Positions 24,942-37,237 of a stretch of 64,000 nt of DNA are shown piece after piece. The stretch lies in assembly GCA_002269645.1 (NCBI GenBank), contig NIVC01003205.1, positions 47,717-111,716 of the forward strand, read 5' to 3'. Every line of letters starts with the position of its first letter. Within the stretch, counting starts at the first letter, position 1. The notes under the pieces are model-generated. The model saw nothing but the letters and a program-made list of their open reading frames with translations. It did no database searches and was not told the origin of the DNA. The translations under genes and the position numbers were made by a program. The DNA comes from Macrostomum lignano (taxonomy: Eukaryota).

Positions 24942-27900
24942 GGGGTCGTTCTCAAATTCTGGGAGGAGCGAAAATTTTAACAATTTTCGGAACATTTACT
25001 ATTGTTACTGCCGTATTGAAAATAATAGGACACTTTCATCTGTGAATAAAGATATTTTTTGGGTTGAAATTTATGTTGCAAAAGTGTTTTAAGTTGTCTT
25101 GCGGTATTAGGCGATATTAGGTGATGAAAAAATTCAAATTCAATCACTTCACCGATGTCCTAATTTTTGACACTATGATGTCTGTAGCTAAAAAAAGTTG
25201 TTGTTGTGTTGAAAACTTGCTATATTACATTTAAAATGAAAGCTTATATAAATTTAATTTAAGATTTTTTTTAAAGCTTAATAAACTGCACTATAAATGA
25301 TTTTATAGACGCTTAACTGTACGCCTAGCATTTCCGGTGGGATAGCCTCTTTGCGTCTCACAAAATGTATTTTTCAGCTGACGTCTAGAATGTGCGCTTA
25401 AAATGATACATTTTGATGCAGATAATTAGAAAAACATGTCTTATTATCTTTTTGTAAAAAATTGTTATGAAATAGAGCACTATTGTTGATAAAAATAATT
25501 AAAAGCAACCATGCATCGCAATAAACTCCTACTTTGAAGCACAAAATACATATCCTGTAACCACACTAGCATTCTCCATGGAGCACCTTTTGAGCTGAAA
25601 TTTTACACAGATATCCAGTAAAGTAAACTGAGCAAATGATTTTTTTTGTTTTTGAAAATACTTCAATTTGGCTATGTATCAGTTAGTTCATTGGACATAT
25701 TTATTATATTTTTATTAGAATCCTTGTAACCAAGCTACAGAGAAACATGTGCAAAACTGGACCTTGAAATTTGACCTGAATGATCAGCAAATGTGTATCT
25801 CGAAATGATTTTTTTTGTTTTCATCAAGTCATTCTATGCTAATTTTTTCTGAAGGGAAAGATACCATGTATTTAGAATCAATAGGGGAAGCATTTAGACT
25901 TATTCAGTAGTCATTAAAATTGCAACTATATTATTATAATATAGTAATAATATTATACATGTATTATATAGTAATATTAACTTCTAAGATGCCCTTATAA
26001 ATTTAAGTAAAGACAACAGGCCTTAATTAATTAATCAGCATTTTGAAGAAACTGACCTTATACAGATGGGCCCCAAGCTAAGAAATGAATGTAGAGCTTA
26101 TTTCGTGTAAGGTATAAAAATCAATTTATTATAATATTAAATACTCCTAATAAATTGGTTAAATTAGTTATTTACCTTGAATTAATTTAATTTAATAATT
26201 AAATATATAAATCTGTTTCACTTCTTACTGCATTTAAATAGAGTACCTCTTTACTATACTATAGAAGTATAGTAAAAGTATATGGTAAAAAAGTATAGTA
26301 AAAAATTTTCTTTGGTTTAATCCCAGCTTGCCTCAGTTTTTTAGTCTTAATACGAGCTATATAGTAAGTGTTGATTAATTTGCTCCATCACCTTTTGCCA
26401 CGGAAACAGCACATGTCGGACATGCAACACTCTTCCTGATCCCTGGATTCAAGATGACTGCTTCTGCTTCTTCAATGCTTGAAAACTGAGCTCATGGAGC
26501 TTTAGGTTATGCTGTCAGAGTGCTGCTGCTGGTGCTGTGTGTGTATGTGTGTGTCTTCTGTGGGTAGGTTCCCTGTCCCTCAGTTTAGCCACTGTAGTGG
26601 GCTAACTGGAGGAATTGCCGTTGTCGGTGCTGCAGGTGGCACTGCATGGTAGTATTGACGCTGTCAGTGACGCTGGCAAAGGCTTGGACGAAGCTAGGTG
26701 CCGTCATTGTCAGGAGGACATGCGTGTGCTGCTTAGACCAGTGCGCACATTCGACTGGACTCGTATCTGGTGCAGTCTGGTGTATTCACTGAGATTGTGT
26801 GGATCTGCCTCCTCGCATCACCTCAACCAGGCTCAATTTCTTTTGTAGAATTTTCGTGCGCTGCTTAACTGCATCTTGTGCCTGCTGAGTGATGCCAAGA
26901 ATTGTGCCACACAATAATTTGGCCCATAAACTACTCGTATATTATACATATGTATGCACAGCACACACACACGCAGTTCATTCACATTAAACGTACTAGT
27001 TAATGGAATTCTCATCTCATGAGCTCTAGTCTATGGACAAACCTGAAATTACTAGAATATCTAGACAGATCTAAACTTCTTTGAGCAGCGCGCTGCGCTG
27101 CGAGCAAATACATGTAGATTCCTTAGCACAACTAATTAATAGTGTAGTACAGTCTACAGCCTGAAGTAGCCTGTGTAAGATGCGGAGGGATGATTTTTGC
27201 ATAGGAAGCCACTACGGTAAGGTTGATGGAACTATGGGGAGGTGAGAGATTCAAAGCGAGGGACGGAAGCCATGCATAGTTCGATCATAAGTTTGATTAT
27301 TGCATGAGTCTGGGGATGCATTAACGAGAGGCAGACGAGAGCATAGAAATAAAGCGGGCTAAATATATATATCCACAAAATTACATGTACTAGCTAGTAA
27401 TTTCAGAATGGTCAGCGACTCCTCCGATTTGTATCCGCGACCGCGTGCCCACAAATCCCCCGGCAGACCCTGTCGCAGTTGGTGGTTGTGCACAGAATAC
27501 AATGTTAATTTTCGAGCTTCTCTGCAAAAAATGCGTGATGCACTCAAGATGCGTGCTATAGTCTACTTCTTTGATTGATGACTGGGTTTTGCCTTTTCGC
27601 TTGTGATCATCAAAAGCTTGGGCGTCATTGCTACTGGTGTTTCAGTGTGCGCATTATGTCTGGTTATCATATTATGTGCATGTGCAGTGTCTTTTACCTA
27701 CATTTTTGTTTGTCTCTGTTTCCTGCATGCTCTTTCGCATTTTTACACCTCGCACATCCTCATTTTTCTCAATTAACAAGTGAAATCTTTTCTTAAAGAC
27801 TAATTGCTATTTTAGTTAAGCTAGTAGGTTTTTGGTAATTAAATAATTCAATTTTGTCTATTTTCCAAAAAGTTTCAAAAAATGAATTAATTAAAATAAA

Positions 27901-28744
27901 TTTGAATTATTTTAAGTTAATTGGAGTAAAATGTCTAATAAGTAACTATGATTTTTTATTTTAAGTACATGTAGCTTTGGTATAAGTATTAATGTAATGA
28001 GTACTTAAAGTAAAATCAAGCAAGTTATAGTTTTCAGAAATTATGCTACAAATAATCAAATATATACTAGTATCTGAATTCCTAGTTATTAAGGAACATG
28101 CAGTCGATATTAAATCCACAATGTGCTTTTTGGTGTTCAAGGATAGTTCCCTGACTTTTTCTATTATTAGTTAGATTTTATTATATTTAATGTAAAAATG
28201 AACAATTCTATTCAAGGTAAAAATGAACATTCTTTATTTGTCGAATCATCTTGCCTTTGAAAAGATACATAGTGAAAACTTGATTTTTAATTCAACCTTT
28301 CAAGACTTATTTAGACTTCTCAATTCAGTGATTAGTTAAACTGATCGAAGTTCTTTCGAGTGCATGCTATAATAATTTCGCACTTTTTCGCACACGATAA
28401 TTTTAAATGTCTGGGATTTAGAGCAGAGTAACAAAATGCTGTGCTCAAAAACATTTCCTTTGTCAATTTCTTGTTCTTTTATTTTTGCAAAAGAAATTTA
28501 ACTGCATATTTAAAATAAAAATGGAAGAAAATTTTATTTTCTCTTTAATATTTTTGTCGTTTATTTTCCGCAACAAAGAATAACAAATAGCCTTGATTTC
28601 TTCTCAATTTCAAGTTTTCTTGTGGTTTTAGTAGCAGCTTCTTACAGAAATTGTCAAAAGAATTTTTTTTGTACGATTATTGGTCGATGTATAAACTTTT
28701 TTTGCAATAACAAAAAGTTGTGACCTAGCTTTGAGAACGACCCC
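24942..28744. mobile_element. 3.8-kb non-autonomous DNA transposon with 15-bp TIRs
   Basis: GGGGTCGTTCTCAAA at 24942 and TTTGAGAACGACCCC ending at 28744, flanked by TA on both sides (alternatively a CTAG duplication with GGG ends). AT-rich interior with no intact ORF. Confidence 0.7.
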
Positions 28745-29134
28745 TAGGCCCTATAGCCATAGGCCTATCTTAAATTTTCCTAATATTATTCCTTATATTT
28801 ATAGCCTTAGCCTATCTATATGATGCAATCTATATCCATGACCATATATAAATTTATAGCTAGCCTAATTGTGGTAAAGGTTTTTCTTCTATCTCTACAA
28901 ATGATTCCACAGCTGTTACTAAAGTTGTAACAGGGCTTTTATCTCCTACTTTATCAATTTTAATCCCACTAAATGCCACCAAAGTTGAAACAGTGGTGTT
29001 CCTGTATGATACAAAATCCATGTATTGGTTTCCCGACAGACATTCAGACAGACATTCAGAAATCGTTCAGTAAATGTTTAACAAAATTGTCTATTTATTA
29101 CGCAAGATACTGTGAATTTATAGAAACTTTTACG

Positions 29135-29780
29135 CATGTCTCTGCTTTAAAAAGACACCTCAGACACACACAAAGACGCTTCACGGGCTGAGATGTTCCC
29201 TAGCAACTGTTGTTACGACGTTTCCCAATATACCGAATACTGTATATAGTAGTTTTTTGAGAAGCCGCTACATTGTCCCACTTTGGTCTTTCTGCATGAA
29301 ATTTGCACAGCTGTTTTACGCATGTCTCTGCTTTAAAAAGACACCTCAGACACACACAAAGACACTTCACAAGCTGAGATATTCCCTAGCAACTGTTGTT
29401 ACGACGTTTCCCAATATACCGAATACTGTATATAGTAGTTTTTTGAGAAGCCGCTACATCGTCCCACTTTGGTCTTTCTGCATGAAATTTGCACAGCTGT
29501 TTTACGCATGTCTCTGCTTTAAAAAGACACCTCAGACACACACAAAGACGCTTCACAAGCTGAGATATTCCCTAGCAACTGTTGTTACGACATTTCCCAA
29601 TATACCGAATACTGTATATAGTAGTTTTTTGAGAAGCCGCTACATCGTCCCACTTTGGTCTTTCTGCATGAAATTTGCACAGCTGTTTTACGCATGTCTC
29701 TGCTTTAAAAAGACACCTCAGACACACACAAAGACGCTTCACAAGCTGAGATATTCCCTAGCAACTGTTTTTACGACATT
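29135..29780 (+). repeat. Left foldback arm: 186-bp tandem repeat x~3.5
   Basis: Units start at 29135, 29321, 29507 and 29693 (partial). Confidence 0.95.
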
Positions 29781-30362
29781 TTGATGAGGATGCACTTTTT
29801 CCCAAATCCCGCGCTAGCACATGGGCTCTAAACTTACTAGCCTACTGACAGCAGGCTAAGGGAATTTTTATTCTCTTTTATCTTTTATCGAGATAGCAAA
29901 TTTGTCGAACGACTACCAGAATAAAGTAAGACCTGACTCTCAAAATGGCAAAGAAAGTTTGCGACTAAATTATGACTGGAAAGTATCAGGTATCACTTTA
30001 AGAAATTGATCCGCCTACCGCAGAAGCAAATGAGTCTCAAACCGATTCGCAATTGACAACTCCGACAAGGGTAAGCGAAATCGCCCACCGAACAACTGCA
30101 GAACATGCAAACGCCAAAGACAGGCGCCAAACGTCGGAAAAGTGATCACTTTGCTAAACAGTGCACATTAGTAAAATCAAACAGAATTAATGTTATCGAC
30201 TCAGACGATGGGGTAATCCCGTCAGCAACTGAGAATCAAACTACAGAAAATAAGCATCAAAACATTTTGTGCAACGAAACATAAAACACCCCATAAATAT
30301 CACGTCAGACTTGATCCGCGATAACTGAATTGTCCCTTTCTTTATTCAACACAGTCAGCATT

Positions 30363-33300
30363 TTATGCCTCAAGTCTGGCGCAATCGGAGCAAACATTTG
30401 CCGTGCTTTTCCAGCTGTTCCAACAGATTTTGTGGTACCAAAAGAGGCAGGAGGGGCATTCAATCTAAAATGATGCAGAAAAGGTCTTGCAAGCTGGTTG
30501 AATCCCTTACTGTTGTACATGTACATGTAAAATGCATGGGTATTTTACATCGCATTAATTTACCCATTCGATTCGCTTCCTTCGGCCAGCGGGCTCCTCC
30601 AAGCCACAGAACCTGCAAATGGGTTGCTCAGTTTCTTCCATGAAATTAATCACAGTATTTTTAATGTGCTGGCAAGCGGCGCTCAATTTCTGCGCAGTGA
30701 ATGCAGACAACACAGTGCACTTATCAAGAAACAAATTGCGGCCAAATAAGCAGGTCAGAACGCCACATGAAAACGTATCTTTTTGCTGGGTGCACATTCT
30801 TACTACACTTCTAAACTTTCTACCCCTAAGGTGCTCCATCTGCTCAGGGAGAAACGTAGAAGCAGCTGAAGAAGCAAGGAGCTCACTAAAATTAGAAAAT
30901 GGCACGTAAGTTCAGTTAATATGCCTTGCAAATTTCAAAGCCCCCCTTCTCGTGTACATTTTACCTACTTCAATTTGGCAGTATAGTTCAATGCCAGTTG
31001 CTTTCTTCTGTCACTCTGACGTATGGAGTCCAGATAGTGCACTGTAAGATCGTCGAAGAAGACAGCCAAAAGCCAAAAATGGCTTTGCGTAAGCATCGGG
31101 ACCAGAATTTTCTTCACTGTCTAAAATTTTTTATAATTAATTCTTCAGAATTATAGAATTGTTGCAGGATTGTTCCACCTCTGCATGTGGATATCAACTA
31201 TACTCGTAGCAATGGTCAATGGTGAAACCAACATCAGATTAAAAGTTAAAATTTCACATTATGCTTACTGCTCGACCAAGGAAATAGTTCCGAAGAGATT
31301 CAATGTGCTGAGAGCCTTTGCTACCACCGTCTAGCAAGGAAAGAAAATCGCTCTGCTGCATAGCAACTCCATCTGCTCCGCTAGCAATTGCAGCCAAGTA
31401 GCCGTACACAACCTGATAATATTTTTAATACCTTCTACACATTAAATTACGTACATACCGTAATGCTATGACGCAAAGCACTTCCTACAAATTTCTTACC
31501 GCATAGTCCAGCCAGTTCGTACCATTGAGTGACGCTAATTGCTCTTCTGAAATTGGCGTTCCTCTTACATCTCGTAGAGCCAAAATTTTTGAGCTGGGCG
31601 GTTGCTGAGAGTCGCGTGGCAGTTGCTGAGAGTCGCATGGCGGTTGCTGAGAGTCGCGTGGCAGTTGCTGAGAGTCGCGTGGCGGTTGCTGAGAGTCGCG
31701 TGGCAGTTGCTGAGAGTCGCGTGGCTGTTGCTGAGAGTCGCGTGGCGGTTGCTGAGAGTTGCGTGGCGGTTGCTGAGACTCGCGTGGCGGTTGCTGAGAG
31801 TCGCGTGGCGGTTGCTGAGACTCGCGTGGCGGTTGCTGAGAGTCGCGTGGCAGTTGCTGAGAGTCGCGTGGCGGTTGCTGAGAGTCGCGTGGCGGTTGCT
31901 GAGAGTCGCGTGGCGGTTGCTGAGACTCGCGTGGCGGTTGCTGAGAGTCGCGTGGCAGTTGCTGAGAGTCGAGTGGCAATTTTGGAAACTCACAGGGGGG
32001 AGGCTGTGACTTTGTTCGTGGTGTCTGCCTATTGTTTGAGTATCTACATCGTTTTTTGCCCCAGCTTTCTTCAGCCCCATCAGCTGTCTCCGCCGCGGCC
32101 TTCCTTTTTCGTTGGCAAAATCGTGGTGGAGCAACTTGCTGAAGTAATTTCGCCTCCTTTATCCTTTCATGACAGAAACTTGCGGTTAATTTCGAGAACT
32201 CTGCGACAGAGACGGGTAGCTGAAATTTGGATTTTATTCTCTTAAACCAGCTCTCAATGTGAGCATTTGAAAAAGGAGACTTCACGCGGCTTTCCAAGAA
32301 TTCATGGTTCTAGACGCAGGCAGCCCATAAGGGAAAGTAGGAGAGGTATCGGATGACAAACATTTCGACTATTTCCGGTGAATGCAATTCGTTATCGATA
32401 GCAACTTCCTCCACTTCCACAGTGCTATTAGCGATTGATGTCCTCCATGCATTAAAGTACTCATAAAAGGGCGATCGTTTGTATAATGAACTATTCGTTT
32501 CGTCCTCATTAGTACTGTCATTGTCTTCGTGATCTCCTTCCTCTGACTGTCCGTCTGACTCTGAGTTGGTCCCTTGCTCATCATCTTTGCTGTTATAGGG
32601 TTTGGACATTATACGCTGGCATACTTTCGTAGACTTTGTCAAAAAAATGTTCATTGCATCCCGAATTGTTGACTTAACTTCTTCTACAACCTTAATAGTC
32701 ATAACTCTGTAGAAGTATCTCAAAAAAGTGTCCCTGATTCGCTTTGAATACTTCTTCTGCTTTAGATACCGGCTTACTGAATGCATTAGATGATTTGTAC
32801 AGAGCATTACCCCGTAACTGTGACAGAAGTGTTGGCTTTTTCGGAAATAGTAATATTGCATATTTAAATACGTCTCCAAATCGCATTGGTGGAATTCAAA
32901 GCAGCTATGTATCAGTGCCCAGGAAAAGTCTGTCACCTATAGGATTGGTACGTAGGCTTGCCTAAACCGTGACATCATGTTGACGATATGATGGCGCAGA
33001 ACACGCAAGAAATGTGCTATTGATGCGACAGAATGTCCGTTTGTAATGCAGTCTGCTATTGAGACAGATTTCACGCGGTTGGTAGCTGTTGTTACAATAG
33101 AGTACAGGAATACGCGTCCGATATAATCCGCTTTTTTAATTATCGATCCGGTGGCGTTAATATGAAGAACATTAAGCTCATTTTCTTGTATTAGGTCAAT
33201 TAAATATTGCAGTTGGTAACCAGAGTACAAAACGACACGCAGCGGATCTATTAAAAATTTAATAGAAAAAATTACATGTATGCATGTAATTACGTGCACA

Positions 33301-33709
33301 ACATGCATCAAAAATGAGCAGAGCAATAAGCATGAATAAAGCACAAATTTATGTGGTTGCACAAAAATGGCGCACTGGTAGTCAGACACAAAGCCTGCGG
33401 AAAATCAGCCTTCAAAAATTTTTCCGTAGTTCGTGAGTGCCGAGTCCTTCTTCTCGCACTACAGTGGTCCTTGCCTATATAGCCATTCGTAGACGTCAGT
33501 CTCTCACAAAGCCAAAAAAAATTCTTACTTCTTCCTTGGTAGGGAAACTCATTGAGATGGTGACCAGGAACAAAGCCAAAATGCATATTGACAACCTCAT
33601 GCCGAAAAAAAACTGTCAGATGAATTAAGTACCAAAATATGCTAGTGCTTATTGTACTCTTGCCAATATAAGATAGAGATATTGTAGTCAGCAGAGACAA
33701 TTCATCCAT
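30363..33709 (-). pseudogene. Spliced transposase gene: MULE/NOF-type DDE + Ulp1 (C48) protease + PHD finger, inactivated
   Basis: LHINATGS (first catalytic D reads N, 33158-33156), VTDFSWALI, CTNH (CxxH) and NAHIESWFK. Two in-frame TAG stops at 32939-32937 and 32312-32310. Downstream exons 31412-31269, 31120-30969, 30885-30564 and 30464-30363 are open and in phase, giving WLDYAVVYGYL, SHFWLLAV, YLDS, QQKDTFSCG and a Cys4-His-Cys3 PHD. Confidence 0.85.
31597..31980 (-). repeat. 21-bp coding tandem repeat (~18 copies, SQQPPRD) inside the transposase
   Basis: ggcggttgctgagagtcgcgt variants, in frame between the DDE and Ulp1 regions. Confidence 0.95.
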
Positions 33710-33976
33710 ATTGTCAAAATGAGCTTGTTAGTGAGAAAGATTATATACCAAAACAGGGTGCAGGCATATTCTGTGTTAGGCCTCTTGCGTAATGTACATG
33801 GCAAAATGACAACGAATGTACATAAAGAAAAACTGCCTCCTATACAGTGTTAATATTGCTGATAGATCTGCCTAAAGTAAAGTGCTTCAGATCGGTAGAA
33901 GGCAAATACAAGTATAACGTACATTCCATGCCGGTGTCCAAATGCAAGTTAGATATGAGCATGCCTTCAGGCAACC

Positions 33977-34979
33977 GTTGCTAGGGAATATCTCAGCTTG
34001 TGAAGTGTCTTTGTGTGTGTCTGAGGTGTTTTTTTAAAGCAGAGACATGCCTAAAACAGCTGTGCAAATTTCATGCAGAAAGACCAAAGTGGGACGATGT
34101 AGTGGCTTCTCAAAAAACTACTATATACAGTATTCGGTATATTGGGAAACGTCGTAACAACAGTTGCTAGGGAATATCTCAGCTTGTGAAGCGTCTTTGT
34201 GTGTGTCTGAGGTGTCTTTTTAAAGCAGAGACATGCGTAAAACAGCTGTGCAAATTTCATGCAGAAAGACCAAAGTGGGACAATGTAGTGGCTTCTCAAA
34301 AAACTACTATATACAGTATTCGGTATATTGGGAAACGTCGTAACAACAGTTGCTAGGGAATATCTCAGCTTGTGAAGCGTCTTTGTGTGTGTCTGAGGTG
34401 TCTTTTTAAAGCAGAGATATGCGTAAAACAGCTGTGCAAATTTCATGCAGAAAGACCAAAGTGGGACGATGTAGCGGCTTCTCAAAAAACTACTATATAC
34501 TGTATTCAGTATATTGGGAAACGTCGTAACAACAGTTGCTAGGGAATATCTCAGCTTGTGAAGCGTCTTTGTGTGTGTCTGAGGTGTCTTTTTAAAGCAG
34601 AGACATGCGTAAAACAGCTGTGCAAATTTCATGCAGAAAGACCAAAGTGGGACGATGTAGCGGCTTCTCAAAAAACTACTATATACAGTATTCGGTATAT
34701 TGGGAAACGTCGTAACAACAGTTGCTAGGGAATATCTCAGCTTGTGAAGCGTCTTTGTGTGTGTCTGAGGTGTCTTTTTAAAGCAGAGACATGCGTAAAA
34801 CAGCTGTGCAAATTTCATGCAGAAAGACCAAAGTGGGACGATGTAGCGGCTTCTCAAAAAACTACTATATACAGTATTCGGTATATTGGGAAATGTCGTA
34901 ACAACAGTTGCTAGGGAATATCTCAGCTTGTGAAGCGTCTTTGTGTGTGTCTGAGGTGTCTTTTTAAAGCAGAGACATG
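33977..34979 (-). repeat. Right foldback arm: 186-bp tandem repeat x~5.4, inverted relative to the left arm
   Basis: Unit markers at 34049, 34235, 34421, 34607, 34793 and 34979 (186-bp period). Confidence 0.95.
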
Positions 34980-35606
34980 CGTAAAAGTTTCTATAAATTC
35001 ACAGTATCTTGCGTAATAAATAGACAATTTTGTTAAACATTTAATGAACGATTTCTGAATGTCTGTCTGAATGTCTGTCGGGAAACCAATACATCAAAAT
35101 CCCATTGTTATGCCACCAAAGTTGTCGTGGGGGTTACTTCCTTCTTAATAATATCCCACCTTGTGTTACCAAGCTGTTACAGGCATGTTTTCTCTTACTG
35201 AAATTATCCCACCGTTATGTCACCAAGCTGTGCTAGGGCTAACTTCTTATACTAATCTTTAAGTATTCTTGTTAAGTTGGTAGCTGCCACCAGGATTATC
35301 CTATTAATAAATTATGTTTATCAATCTTAGAATAATCCAAGAAACATTTCTTAGAATTGATCTGAGTATATATCTTAGTATTTAGTCTGAGTATTTATCT
35401 AAGTATATTGTTCTTAGAATATTATTTAGCCCTTATAATTGTTATTGTTCTCCTATTATTCCAGTAGCATTTACTATTGTTCTAGTAGCATTTATTATTA
35501 TTCTGGCCTGAGTAGTCTATTGGCTATACTGGTATATGTATTTCATGTACTTTGCAAGTCCTTGGGCGTTACCAAAATCAGAAGGTCATAGCCTCCGGTT
35601 ATTTTT

Positions 35607-37127
35607 GGGTGCCAAGCAATTTGACTGCCGACAAAATGACTGTGAACAAAATGACTGCGGACAAAATGACTGCCGACAATTTGACTGCCGACAAAATGAC
35701 TGCTGACAAAATGACTGCCGACAATTTGACTGCCGACAAAATGACTGCCAACAAAATTACTGCAGAAATTTGACTGCCGACAATATGACTGCGGCAATTT
35801 GACTGCCAACAAAATGACTGCAGCAATTTGACTGCCAGCAAAATGACTGCAGCAATTTGACTGCCGAGCAATTTGACTGCCAGCTAAATGACTGCCGGAA
35901 AAATGATGCTCCTAAAGTTTAGCACTCTGTCAACCCTTTTAAGTCTATGCATATAGTGAAATATTGTATTTACGAGCTAGAATGATGCAGAACAGAACAC
36001 ATAACTTTTATACAACAAGCTGTAACAGCTGTTGAAACCCGCGGATTTTGAACAGTGGGAAATGGGAATTCCAAATTTTGCATATATTCTAAAATCTGAA
36101 GTTAAACTCAAGCAAAAACTTTTATTATTAGAGTTAAACATAACATAGATTACATTCGTGTAAAAGTAGGATTGGAGGCAAACTATTGATATTGTTGGCT
36201 GGGGTGCAGCGCAGAATGTCAGAAAAACTCTGGCCTTTACTTCTGCCTCTCGATCCCTATGTTCCTTGCATCCTTTGAACCTTCTATCTTCTCTTCTGTT
36301 TTCTCACTTCTCTTTTGTCTCTTCTCTCTTGTCTCTGCTCTCTCATTTCCCCTCTCTCATCTGTTATCTTTATTCTCTTATACTGGTATGTTCTCTCACC
36401 TCTCTCCTCTGTACTCTTCTCTTTCCCCTCTTTTGACTCCTCTCTTTCCTTAGTCCTCTTCTGTTCCTTCTTCTATACTCTCTCCCCTTTATTCACTTCT
36501 CTCGTCTCTCTGTACTCTGCTCTCTCCGCCTTCATCTCTCATCTCTCTCTCTTTTGCATAACAAGAATGCGCCTAGCAAGTTTTTCAAATTCATTTGTCA
36601 ATATAAAGCTGTGCACAACTAGGCTAGGCTTTTGGTTTTGGTATTTGTTTGGGGTTTGGAGTCAAATAATAAAAGGAGAGGGTGATCAGTGGAGCCCACA
36701 AGTTTAGGTGGCAAGCAAACTCATAAAACTCCATTGAGAGAGAGAGAGATAGAGAGAGAGAGGCAAACATTGAGGGACTGGGGGAGAGAAGAGGAGGAGT
36801 GGCCTCTTGTTTTCTATATTGTCAGTAGTCATTTTGCTGGCAGTCAAATTGCCGCAGTCATATTGTCGGCAGTCAAATTGCCGCAGTCATATTGTTGGCA
36901 ATCAAATTTCCGCAGTCATTTTGTCGGCAGTCATTTTGTTGGCAGTCATTTTGTTGGCAGTCATTTTGTCAGCAGTCATTTTGTCGGCAGTCAAATTGTC
37001 GGCAGTCATTTTGTCCGCAGTCATTTTGTTCGCAGTCATTTTGTCGGCAGTCAAATTGCTCGGCAGTCAAATTGTCCGCAGTCAAATTGACCGCAGTCAA
37101 ATTGTGGCAGTCAATTGTCGTAGACCC
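35607..37127. mobile_element. Non-autonomous foldback element (~1.5 kb) with arms of 14-16-bp tandem repeats
   Basis: Left array (aaaatgactgccgac)n at ~35615-35895 and inverted right array at ~36825-37120. GGGT...ACCC termini. Flanks gttattttt / attattttt match 8 of 9, consistent with a 9-bp Mutator-type TSD. The interior has a CT-rich tract (~36240-36555) and a GA-rich tract. Confidence 0.82.
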
Positions 37128-37237
37128 ATTATTTTTATATGTATCACTTCAGATCTACTTCGTAATTCTCTTACTACTCAATATTTTCCTTCTCAGTAGT
37201 CTATATGGTACACACTTCTGTCTACTTCACTCCCCTA

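Larger units (their letters stand above)
29020..35094 (-). mobile_element. Foldback / FB-NOF-like Mutator-superfamily transposon (6075 bp)
   Basis: A 115-bp unique outer TIR (29020-29134 vs 34980-35094) continues into inverted 186-bp tandem arrays. An exact 8-bp TSD caaaatcc lies at 29012-29019 and 35095-35102. The ~4.2-kb core encodes transposase, Ulp1 and PHD domains. Confidence 0.92.

Noticed and set aside
26380-26500. Minus-strand CxxC fragment (KSVACPTC) inside the 3.8-kb element
   Set aside because: Only about 38 codons between stops; too little to call a protein.
29257-29784. 175-aa and 268-aa (34051-34857) ORFs of a 62-aa repeat
   Set aside because: Result of a 186-bp unit (a multiple of 3) lacking stops in one frame; these are transposon arms.
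31529-32245. VAVAES / RVAWRLL / SNRHATL repeat ORFs
   Set aside because: Alternative frames of the 21-bp repeat; only the SQQPPRD frame links transposase and Ulp1 motifs.
32310-32939. Two in-frame TAGs as possible stop-codon reassignment or readthrough
   Set aside because: The Wnt gene ends at TAG after its conserved final Cys, and the catalytic D->N change and similar stops in the LINE indicate ordinary transition decay.
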